A stretch of 64,000 nucleotides of DNA from a virus. Its lineage: Duplodnaviria > Caudoviricetes. Location: positions 307 to 64,306 of the IMG/VR virus record IMGVR_UViG_3300044984_000411. One strand, 5' to 3'. Each line of letters opens with the position of its first letter. Positions within the stretch are counted from its first letter, which is position 1. This document shows positions 18,815 through 28,800 of this stretch, piece after piece. Under the pieces are notes generated by a model that searched no databases, was not told where the DNA came from, and saw only the letters and a list, made by a program, of their open reading frames with translations. The position numbers and the translations under genes were made by a program.

Positions 18815-19923
18815 TATACCAGCCCTATTTTAAACTTAAACTCTATATATGAAGTTGTATTTTCAACCTTAACTACTGGTCTTTCATTCAAGCCGTTGGA
18901 GTCAGAGCTGACAATTACTGTGTAGCCAACAAGACCAAACTGATTATCTATGTCAGATAGATTTTCAAACCTAATGCCGTCTAAAACAATATAGTTATCT
19001 GTTGCATCATCGATATTTGCATAAACTTTAATGTGGGTTACATTTGACCACTTAAATGCAGAAGATGATTTTGTTAAATCTTTTAGCAATGATTCTTCAA
19101 CAATGTATCTATTTTCATTATCTACATTTGGGGTCATTTGAAACCTTGCGTATTCTCCACCAGTATCTGCAGTAGCAAACTCAATGGTAATAAATGTGTA
19201 AGTTGGCGTTACTGGTGAATCTACATCTGTTGGAACTATTGAAAAAGCAACTTTAATTTTGTCTAATACTTCATTAGCTTGGTCAAGTGCTGATAGGTCA
19301 ATGCCAGAATTTAACTCAATGTGATTTGCAGTATAGCTAAGTTCATAGTTTGGTGCTGACCCAGTTCTTGTAGTATAATCGCCTTTCATAGCCAATGCAT
19401 AATTTAAAAACCTTGGCTGCTCTTGCCTATTTAAGCGATAGTTGCTTCCAAAAATAGAATTGTCTGAGGCTAGCTTAAATGCTGTATCTGCAATGTCTAT
19501 GTTGCCATCTGTATCAGTTAGGTCATGTTTTATCTCTACTGCGGAAAATGTGGCTCCTGCAGTGTCGTGTTCTTGCCAATCTTCTGCATCCGAAAATGAA
19601 AATAAAATTTGGCTTGGGGTTGAGCCAGCAACATTATTTTCTTCTGCTGGGTAAATGCCAATTTCGGTAATTCCGTATCTATTTAAAGAAGGCAGCTCTG
19701 CTGTAAAAATAGCATAGGTTGTTCCATCATTTACAATAGTTCTAGATGTTACTGGAACTCTTGCCATCTCAAAAGTTAGTGAATTTCTTGATGAATAATC
19801 GTCTAGTTCTTCTGCTGTAAGAAGCGTTTGTTCTCCACAGCCAATAGCAATATGCGAAGCAAACGCTGGTATCTGACCAACAATGTATCTACCTAGTAGT
19901 TCAATCCCTTTATCTGTAATCAT
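18814..19923 (-). CDS. Putative tail/baseplate protein
   Basis: MITDKG...HIAIGCG...ITEIGIY, a fibre/baseplate N-terminal-like motif. Confidence 0.6.
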   Translation of the reverse strand: MITDKGIELLGRYIVGQIPAFASHIAIGCGEQTLLTAEELDDYSSRNSLTFEMARVPVTSRTIVNDGTTYAIFTAELPSLNRYGITEIGIYPAEENNVAGSTPSQILFSFSDAEDWQEHDTAGATFSAVEIKHDLTDTDGNIDIADTAFKLASDNSIFGSNYRLNRQEQPRFLNYALAMKGDYTTRTGSAPNYELSYTANHIELNSGIDLSALDQANEVLDKIKVAFSIVPTDVDSPVTPTYTFITIEFATADTGGEYARFQMTPNVDNENRYIVEESLLKDLTKSSSAFKWSNVTHIKVYANIDDATDNYIVLDGIRFENLSDIDNQFGLVGYTVIVSSDSNGLNERPVVKVENTTSYIEFKFKIGLV

Positions 19924-19935
19924 AGTTTTAACCTC

Positions 19936-20451
19936 TTAGTATATTGTATCATCTTTGACTTCACCAAATGATAGAAATTCAATTTCAACTTGCTCTCCAT
20001 TAAATGCATTTGCAACGTGAATTGTTATTGAGTTTGTCGTATTGTCAAAATAAACAGCCTTCCACTTAGAGTCGTCATTTGGGTAAAGCTGTTCTAGCTC
20101 TTCTATTGAAGGAATGTATTCATTAAAATTATAATAGAACAAGTCCAGAAAGTTATCAATTGAGTTTGGATTTTTTGATATTTCTGTTGGACTATAGTCT
20201 AACGCTAGTTCAGACATATTTTTGATTGGAGAGTAATCCTGAACAATACCGTTAATTTGGTCATTTCTAGTCAATGTAATAAGCTCTGTGCCACCAACAT
20301 CTTGAAGCAGGAGGCTTTGAACCTCTACCTCTGATATTTGATATCTGACATAATCTGCTTCCATATCGGTATTAATGCTTGGCACATTTACAGCTGGTTT
20401 AGCTTTGAATGGAACATAGCCTTCATCTGGAGTTGCGTTTATTTTAGCCAT
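19936..20451 (-). CDS. Putative tail protein
   Basis: 171-aa ORF in the tail operon. Confidence 0.55.
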   Translation of the reverse strand: MAKINATPDEGYVPFKAKPAVNVPSINTDMEADYVRYQISEVEVQSLLLQDVGGTELITLTRNDQINGIVQDYSPIKNMSELALDYSPTEISKNPNSIDNFLDLFYYNFNEYIPSIEELEQLYPNDDSKWKAVYFDNTTNSITIHVANAFNGEQVEIEFLSFGEVKDDTIY

Positions 20452-23400
20452 TACTGAACCTCACTTAAGTATAACGTAGTCTCTGGTCCTTCTGTCTTGT
20501 AGGAGTAGTCAATAGAGTATACGACATACCTTGAGTCTGTTAGGGATACTTGGTCAACAGAATCTTGTATGTAATCAACTTTAACAATGTCTCCTAGTTG
20601 TGCATATGGAACACCAAATGCTTCGATACCGACTGCATTTCTTGGTTTAGATATTTTTGATATTAGCCAACCCATAAGCTCATTAGCAGAATCTTGACTT
20701 TGAATAAATGTTGGACTAATCTCAAATGATTTTATTCCATAGGTAGTTCTGCTATTTTTAATATCTAAATACTCTTCATAAAGATTTTGAGTTATAAGAC
20801 TGTTTCCAGAAAATGTAGGATTTGAAAAGTCTGCTCGTTTATTATAGTAATCATCTACCGTCAATGTTTTATTTGATTCATCTGTCAGCGTGATTCCAGA
20901 AATCCTTAGCATATTTCCAACGCTTTGGTCAATCATAAGGACGTTATCTGTACAGTTAAATACTAAAAATTCTGCTCCATATGCATTTGAGTTAAATCCA
21001 GAAACAGCGTATCCCTTTTCTTTTGAGAATGTTGGCACTAGTTTAGCAAACAGTGCTGGATATGCCTTATCATACTTAATATCGAAGTATGCTGCTTCTC
21101 TCATAATAGTTCCAAATTCGTCATAATAAATCTTAAACTTAGACCCATCTGTTCCAATATTTGTAAGATATGTTTGTTGAATAATGCCGCTAATGGCATA
21201 CTTATGTAATGCTTCAGAAACAGAGATAGAGTTGTCGTCAAATATTGTTCTAGACTGCCCTGGTGCAACTTCAATTGATGCGTTACCTTCATCTTCATAG
21301 CTGTTTCTCATTGCATAAACATTTTCAAAAATTGCTTTTGTGCTAGCACGAACAAACATTGCAACATTTTTCTTTACTGGCAAAGCATCTTTATCGTCAA
21401 CAACAGCCAAAAGACTTCCATTTAGGTACAAATAAAATCTTAGCCACTTGCTTGATTTTTTCTCATACTCCACAGCAAGGTCATAAACTGTTGGCACTTC
21501 TTCTGTAGTAAGTCTTCCCTGTGTGGCAAAAGAACCAGAGTCTACAACAACCTGGGCTGTGCTTTTAAACAGGGTTACTGGAATTGCAGAATCCGTTTCT
21601 GCGTCACCAGACTCTTTTTGTATTTTATAGAAGAAAACGTTGTCTGCTTTGCCGAAGTCTTTTACGTTTTCAAACCCCAAGGCTGCAATTTCAAAATAAT
21701 ATCCATTGTTCTTGCTTGAGGTGGTATCTAGCATAAATGCTATACCAGCTGAACCACCAGCAATTTTATTAGCATTATAGTATGTGGTTGCATTTTCTAC
21801 TTCTTGAGTATAAAATTTATTGTTATTTTTAATTGAGCCAACTATTCTTAGTCTAGTTCCAAAGTGAACAAACTTGTTGTCTAGCTGTTTGTGAACATAA
21901 GTAATAAAGTTTTTGCCAGCAATACCCTTATCCGACAAGGCTTTTTTAGATGGTCCAGTTAAAACCATTGCCGATGCCTGTACAGAACCACCAAGAGATG
22001 ATTTAGTTTTTGAAATCCAATCGCTTTCGTCTGGAAACATTAGTAGGCTATTTTTTAATGAGTTAGACACTTTTGATGTTTTTACAATTGAAGCTGCAGA
22101 CGATGGGTTACCAATTGCTCCACCTGTTAGATTTGCTGGCAAGGTTTTTTCGTCAAAAATGTATTCTGAACTCATAACAAAGCCCTTTTTGTTTGATGCA
22201 TTTGTCCAGTGTGACGAAATGCCAGCAGTATGTGCGACAACCTCTGTTCCAAATTGACCACGACCATGACGAATTATACTTGGTGTAGAATCTAGTTTTG
22301 AGTAAATCCTTACTTTACCACTAGGAAAAATCTTTTTTCCAAAAGCTAGCTTTGAGAAATAGTTTTCATACTCTAGCTTGTTGGTTATCCAAACATTACC
22401 AATGCCCTGAACAACATACTCTACTGCATCGTATTTAATTACTTCTCCATTGGCATAAAGGTATCCATTATATCTTGGTAGCCAGTATACTGCATCGCCA
22501 AAATCAATTATGTTATTTTTTACAATTGCGTTGGTGCTAAATGTAATAGAGCCATTAGTCTGGTGTGGAACTGTTGTCTTAAAAACTGTTCCAGAAACAA
22601 TTTCTGCAACCTTTGCTCCAGATGCAAAAGCACCTGTGCCACTGGTTTTTATAAGCAACTGTCCAATAACTAGATTTGATGTTGACCCAGTTGTTAGGGT
22701 TACTGTCGTGCTACCAGAAGATAGTGTTGCGATAAGCCCAGTTGTTCCAGCAACATATTGCGGAACAGAACTTGATAGAGAAGAGTTTAGTGGTATTGCA
22801 GTTAGGGCATATCCTTCTGACATATTGCTAGCACCATTTGTAGATTTTGTGGTGTCTTCTCCAGTTGCCTCCCAAAGCAAAACTGGTTTATATGTCCAGG
22901 TTTTATCTGCATCAACCGCATAGGCTTGCCTTATTTCTGACGGAGACTTTTGAATATATCTAGCACTATAGTTTATCCTTCCATCATTATAAACGTCATG
23001 TACTTTTGATGCTATTTGAATTATGTTTGAAAGCTTTTTGCTATTGGTTTTTACCCCAAGCTCTCCAGCAACAGATGATTCTGTATAGTCTTGTGAGCCA
23101 TAAAGAACATAGTCAGTACTTCTTTGACTTTCTGTGGGCATTGCGTATTCTTTTGACATAACAACAAAGTTATTAAATTCATCAAAGAACATCATGCTCT
23201 GTGTTGATACAGCAATTTCTTGCAAGATTTCAGCAACACTTGTGTTTGGACCTACAAAGAAAAATGGAATTACTGGCTCTGCTATGCCATCAATTCTTTT
23301 AAAAACATAGTTAGAGAATCCAACTGAGTCAAGAATAACCGATACTGCATAGCTTAATGAGGCATTTGGAACAAATAGTTGTGGTGCCATCATTGACTCA

Positions 23401-25190
23401 AGCATAATGTATTGGTCTCTAAGCTCTAGCAATACACTTCTTGAGGCAGCGTCGTATTGTGGAAACCCCATGCAGTTCATAGTTTTAATCGGAATGTAGT
23501 AATCGCTATTGTTTACTCCACGAATAATTTCATACATCTTTACTTGAAGATTTTTAGAAATAAAACTGCTAATAATACTACCAGTATTTGACGCATAACT
23601 CCAAACATTGTTTGGATTAAATGCTTGGTCATAGTCAAACAGGTTCAAGGTTCCGCTGCCAGCTAACAATTTTCCTACTGGCATACCGCTAGAGCCAAGG
23701 TCAGAGCCATGTTTTTTAATTGAAAAGTTTTCAGTCTTTCCTGATAGGTCAACTGCTAGTCTTGGCGACAGCTCAATCAAGTCTAGTGTTGCATTTGGAT
23801 TTGTCATTTTTGAAACAACTATTCTCAATCCTTTAACAAATTGCAACTCTCTAAAAACTTTTATTGAAGATGATGTGTAGTAGCTTGGGCTAGTTAGGTC
23901 TGTTACAAATGGTGTAAATCTATCTATAGACTCATTGTGTATTTTCCAGCCATATACCGCTGGAAAGTCGTCATAGTTGTCTGTATTTGTGGTGCTAGTG
24001 CCACCATTATAAATATAATATGTTCCAGCGTTAGATGTATCTGCACCAACAAGATATGCATATCCAGTGGCTGGGGATAAAACTGGCAAGTCAGCTGCCG
24101 TTGAGTACTCACCTGCATAAAAAAATGTTTGTTCGTATCCTGTAAAGGAATCTGTATTTAGTCCATACTCTAGCTCAACATAGCCGTCTTCTGGAATGTC
24201 GGTGTCGGACAGGGCTATGTCCGAGCCATCACTATCTTTGAGAGTTTCCCAGGTGTTAGACAGGTTTAATCTTTGAATCTTCCAGTCACTTGGTGTAAGT
24301 TTGTTTGAGTCTCCATAAAATGGGTCTGTGGCATATGCTTGATACGTTCCAACGTGAGTTTGCATTTTAACTACTACTCTGTTTGCTGGAACTTCTGTTT
24401 CATAAACTACAAATGGTGCAGCATCATCAATATAGTTACCATTTTTATCATTTTTAGAGATGCCCCTGTCTTTTGCAACATCAGAGACGACTTCACTTCT
24501 ATATGAACACCAATATTTAAAGCTGTCATCTCTGCTTGCTACGTAATACCTTGGTCTAAGTGCCATATTTTCATTAGAAAAGTTTAAATTTCTGTCAGGA
24601 AAATTAATTAGCTTATTAATTCCTGAGCGTGGTCTGTTTTTTCCAAAGCAATCTTCAAGTGAGAATAGCAGTCTTTGCTTTTGGTTTTCTGATGTTGTAA
24701 AGTATGGTGTCCCATCGTCTTCTAGTCCACCATCAATTAGCACGTCTGCAAATGTAGCATTAGTATAATCATTATTTGTGTCAGATGAGTCATAAGTTGA
24801 TGCTATTGTGTAGTAGGCACTGCCAGAATCATCTGGTCTATATCTATAGTTTCCCACTTTTGCAATATTGTCTGCTGAGTTTAGATTCCATTCTGCAATT
24901 ACTGCCGTGTTTGTTCTAATAACAGAAGATGTTGCTGTATGATTTTTTAGTTCGTCATAGACTGCTATACCGCCAGAAACATACGTTCCAGTTTCTGTAT
25001 TAGCAATAGTAAAATTTGTTGAACTTCTTGCAGTAACTACTGCATCTGGAATGTTAAAGTTTGATGGACTAATTCCAGAAATATGAACAATATCTCCTAC
25101 CGCAAAAGTGTTAGCAGCAGTGTAAACAATATTTGTTCCGTTAGCCGATAGACCAGTAATTGTTGCAGACTCTGTTGCTGTTGTAAACAT
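20451..25190 (-). CDS. Large tail tip/hub protein
   Basis: 1579 aa, second gene after the tape measure. C-terminal GVPYAQLGDIVKV...YVVYSI hub-like motif. Confidence 0.7.
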   Translation of the reverse strand: MFTTATESATITGLSANGTNIVYTAANTFAVGDIVHISGISPSNFNIPDAVVTARSSTNFTIANTETGTYVSGGIAVYDELKNHTATSSVIRTNTAVIAEWNLNSADNIAKVGNYRYRPDDSGSAYYTIASTYDSSDTNNDYTNATFADVLIDGGLEDDGTPYFTTSENQKQRLLFSLEDCFGKNRPRSGINKLINFPDRNLNFSNENMALRPRYYVASRDDSFKYWCSYRSEVVSDVAKDRGISKNDKNGNYIDDAAPFVVYETEVPANRVVVKMQTHVGTYQAYATDPFYGDSNKLTPSDWKIQRLNLSNTWETLKDSDGSDIALSDTDIPEDGYVELEYGLNTDSFTGYEQTFFYAGEYSTAADLPVLSPATGYAYLVGADTSNAGTYYIYNGGTSTTNTDNYDDFPAVYGWKIHNESIDRFTPFVTDLTSPSYYTSSSIKVFRELQFVKGLRIVVSKMTNPNATLDLIELSPRLAVDLSGKTENFSIKKHGSDLGSSGMPVGKLLAGSGTLNLFDYDQAFNPNNVWSYASNTGSIISSFISKNLQVKMYEIIRGVNNSDYYIPIKTMNCMGFPQYDAASRSVLLELRDQYIMLESMMAPQLFVPNASLSYAVSVILDSVGFSNYVFKRIDGIAEPVIPFFFVGPNTSVAEILQEIAVSTQSMMFFDEFNNFVVMSKEYAMPTESQRSTDYVLYGSQDYTESSVAGELGVKTNSKKLSNIIQIASKVHDVYNDGRINYSARYIQKSPSEIRQAYAVDADKTWTYKPVLLWEATGEDTTKSTNGASNMSEGYALTAIPLNSSLSSSVPQYVAGTTGLIATLSSGSTTVTLTTGSTSNLVIGQLLIKTSGTGAFASGAKVAEIVSGTVFKTTVPHQTNGSITFSTNAIVKNNIIDFGDAVYWLPRYNGYLYANGEVIKYDAVEYVVQGIGNVWITNKLEYENYFSKLAFGKKIFPSGKVRIYSKLDSTPSIIRHGRGQFGTEVVAHTAGISSHWTNASNKKGFVMSSEYIFDEKTLPANLTGGAIGNPSSAASIVKTSKVSNSLKNSLLMFPDESDWISKTKSSLGGSVQASAMVLTGPSKKALSDKGIAGKNFITYVHKQLDNKFVHFGTRLRIVGSIKNNNKFYTQEVENATTYYNANKIAGGSAGIAFMLDTTSSKNNGYYFEIAALGFENVKDFGKADNVFFYKIQKESGDAETDSAIPVTLFKSTAQVVVDSGSFATQGRLTTEEVPTVYDLAVEYEKKSSKWLRFYLYLNGSLLAVVDDKDALPVKKNVAMFVRASTKAIFENVYAMRNSYEDEGNASIEVAPGQSRTIFDDNSISVSEALHKYAISGIIQQTYLTNIGTDGSKFKIYYDEFGTIMREAAYFDIKYDKAYPALFAKLVPTFSKEKGYAVSGFNSNAYGAEFLVFNCTDNVLMIDQSVGNMLRISGITLTDESNKTLTVDDYYNKRADFSNPTFSGNSLITQNLYEEYLDIKNSRTTYGIKSFEISPTFIQSQDSANELMGWLISKISKPRNAVGIEAFGVPYAQLGDIVKVDYIQDSVDQVSLTDSRYVVYSIDYSYKTEGPETTLYLSEVQ

Positions 25191-25861
25191 TATGCCTCTT
25201 CCAAGGTAACACTAATGTTCCAAAAGTCAAAATTAGTGCCTCCACGCTTTACAACAGAATAACTAAAGTCAGAAATAAACATCTCTACAACTTGGCTATA
25301 TTTTCCAAGGTTTGCATACTTGCCTTGTGCTACTCCTTCAAAATTTGGATATTTGTCGTAAGAAAGATATACCCAAAAAGAACCTTTATTGTTCTCATAC
25401 CAATCTAAAATTTCTGCACCGCCAGCACCGCCATCGGTTGTATATTGATAAAGGTAGTTTCCTGGTAGACTAGTTTTTTCTACACCAGAATATCCAGTAG
25501 TTGTTGGTTTTCCAGTTGTAGTATTAAAGTTTGGGTCATTAGAAAAAGAGCGTGACGGAAGCATGTCCCAAGAAACGGATATTTGTAGTTTGTCCGCAAT
25601 GTGGTATGAACGCATACGACCGTTAACAGTTCTTCTTCTGTTTTCAATTCTCTGTTGCGTAAAGTCAATTGGACCTCTGTTATCGTCTGATAAAACTAAA
25701 AAGTCTCCTGAGCCAGATGCTGCATTTACCTCATTACCTGTTGGGACATAATAGTTTTGTCCGTCATAGGCAGCTAGCGTACCTTTGTTGTCTGCCCAAA
25801 GCATAGCCTGTGGACGAGAATACCTTTTTCTACCTACTAGATAGTCTGCGTTATTTGGCAT
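25190..25861 (-). CDS. Distal tail protein-like
   Basis: Immediately after the tape measure. RRTVNGRMR...WNISVTLEEA. Confidence 0.65.
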   Translation of the reverse strand: MPNNADYLVGRKRYSRPQAMLWADNKGTLAAYDGQNYYVPTGNEVNAASGSGDFLVLSDDNRGPIDFTQQRIENRRRTVNGRMRSYHIADKLQISVSWDMLPSRSFSNDPNFNTTTGKPTTTGYSGVEKTSLPGNYLYQYTTDGGAGGAEILDWYENNKGSFWVYLSYDKYPNFEGVAQGKYANLGKYSQVVEMFISDFSYSVVKRGGTNFDFWNISVTLEEA

Positions 25862-28800
25862 TAAACTTTTGTACTCCTAATATTTTGTGAGTCTAGTCGC
25901 TTGATTTCTTTAATTACTGTTCTTGCAATATCATTTGCACTAGTATTAGAGCCATCAACGCTAATATTTACTCCATAACTATTATACACTGAACCACTGT
26001 TGTATGTACCGTTATTCATGGCTTTAAGCTTGTCAACGCCATATTCTTTAACTGCCCCAGGGTTCATAACAAATTCTTTATCGTGAAGCATAGCAAGACC
26101 GCCATTGGCGTATGGTGTGCGGAACATTCCACCAGATTTGTATTGAGGAATAAACATGGGTAATCCAGTAGGTCCGTGAACCTTATTCTTATAGAACATT
26201 TCATTTAGCTTTCCTAGAGGACTGAGCTTTGTTTGCCCTACAGGAATCTTTAGTCCAGCTTCTGCAAGTTTTTGCTGTAACAATGGAATCATTTCTGGAT
26301 TTTTGACAATAATCTTTTTAATGTCGGAGAATGGAAGTCCACCAAAAATTTGTGCTTCAACAAACTGCAAATCTGGTCTGCTCATGCCTGTTGCTGCACC
26401 AAGGATTTTTGATTGACTCATTGTCCCAAATGGTGCTGCAACTGTTTTCTTTGGTCCACCTGGAATATAAGAGTCTCTTTCTCTTGCACCAAAACTATCT
26501 CCAAGAGTAAAGGTAGAACGCTTCTTTACTCTATTCTTTAGCAGTAGCGAAATATCTCCGTATCGGTCAAAGTATTTTGAATTAATATTTGAAGCGTTAC
26601 TTCTTAAAGCCCAGCGTTCAAAAGCATTGTCATTTCTTGATGCTTTTCCTCTAATGCTCCATGGAGTATATGGGCTAACTCCTGCTCCATAGATTGGTCT
26701 AGAAGAAGGGTCAGCATCTTTTCCTAAACCAAAAAGAATCTTTTCAGCTTCTAGTCTAGGGTCTAGGTCGTCAACAACCATGCCTTCTTCAAATGCATTC
26801 CTATAGGCAAAATCTTTTTTAGCAAGTTTGTCGATAAGCTGCTCGCTTCTCATTCTTACAGAAATTGCTGGATTAGTTCTCATAAAGTTTAGATATGCTT
26901 GAGAGACTCTTGGGGTATCTATATAGTTAGCAAGCGTTACACGTGGTCCAGTATTTTTTGATGCAGAAAGACCCTTTAGTTTTGAAACACCCTTACCAGC
27001 CATACCAAGAGCCTTAATACCCATAGATGGTGCAAACATTGATGCATAGAACATTGGGTCTGTTGGGTCTACCCCCATGTTCTTGGCACCCTGGGTATAT
27101 GACTGAGCAAGCAATGACTTAGTGGCATCATTCTGCATAGCAGCAGATGGGTTGCCACCACCTAGAAGGTTTTGGATAAAGCTATTGAACCAGTCAAGAC
27201 CTGAATCGGAAGACTTCTTTGGTCCCTTGCCAACAAGTCCACCAGTTGCAAGACGTGAAATAAATGGGCTTTTATCTATTACTCCTCGCTCACCAAGTGG
27301 TGGTTTTTGAGCAGGTGGTCGAACGTTAAACCAATTTTCCATTTTAGGAAGTTTGTTTATAAGGCTTGGAACAAAGTTAACCATATCGTCTACGATTTTT
27401 GCAAACGACTTTGACATATTTGTTTTGCCAGAAATTCCTTGAACGTCTTTTAGCAACATACTCGTTAGCCATTTTTCTAGAGCTCGGTCTCCCATAGAAG
27501 CATCTTTGACAAAAGCTTCTAGTGGGTCTCCAGATTTATACAAACCTGACAGTCCTTTTAAGAAGTTATCTGGATTCATTGTTATTTTTCCAGCACCTAT
27601 GTTATCCATTATTTGTGGCAGTTCTGGTATTGTTCTGCTAGCGTCTAAAAGGAAACTCTGCAACCCTTGCTCTAACTTTAAAACATCAAAGCCTAGGTCG
27701 CCTGGGGTTGGATTTTCTAAAGGATTTTTGCTATAAAAATCATCAAGGTATGAGAACTTTGTGGGCAACTTAGAAAACTGACCACTAAGAAGGTCTGTAA
27801 AAAGCCCAGCGTGACCAAAGTCTAGCTGTGTAATTGCTTTTGAAGCAGTATCATACATAACATTCATGCCATGGATGTCAGTATTACTAAACAGTGTATT
27901 TAGTAGCGAGGTGCTGTCTGCATATTTTTGAATTGATGCTAGGTATTCCTGAATTGCTTTTTGCAGTGCTTCTGGACCACCTTGCTTGTATGCATCTAAA
28001 AATATTTTTTCCATTCGTGGAGAAGACATTAGTCCGCTAGTCCCTACCATTCCAGGTACTAGGTTTTTATTTATTTTTGATGCAACTAGTGTCGCACTAT
28101 CTTTTACCATTCCAAATGGACCAATAGTGTCTCCAGCACCCTTACCAAACTTTAGGAATTCGTATGGAACTACGTCAGAGCCAAGTTGTTGTGAAAGCCA
28201 ATAAGCAAGTGGTTCGTTAATTCCCTTATATGGCATTTGAACCGCTGTATCGCTCTTGTATGCTTTTAGGTAGTAGTCTGATTGTGTTGGAGTGTATTTA
28301 GCCATTTCGCCAATTTCTACACCCTGCCTTGTTAGTGGGCTAGAAAGACTAAAGCTATCTAGGGCTTTTAGCTTTGCTCCAGACTGAGCAGCCTTTGCCC
28401 CAGCAACTGTTCCAGTTTGCATAAAGCCCTTTGCTCCTGCACCAGCAATTTTAAGACTTTTCATTCCTGGAATAGGAACTATGTTCATTGCCATGGTTCC
28501 AGCATCTTCTAGGTCTGGTGCAGTTGGAGTTCCTTGCTTAGTCTTTACCGCCCATTTTCCAAACAGGCTTTCGTAAATACTGTTCATCACAAAGTTTAGA
28601 CCTGCACTTACTGCAGACATTGGATTATTTGGGTCAATCTCTACAGACTTATCATCAGAGTAAATGCTTGCTGTGCTTCCAGTCTTTGGCTTATTTACAA
28701 TTCCACCCTTAGCAAATTTCTCTGCATGGTTCATTTTGTCAAGGACATCTGTGCCTAGAGCGTCTACTGCCTTTGCTCTAATAACATATTCACCGTTTGA

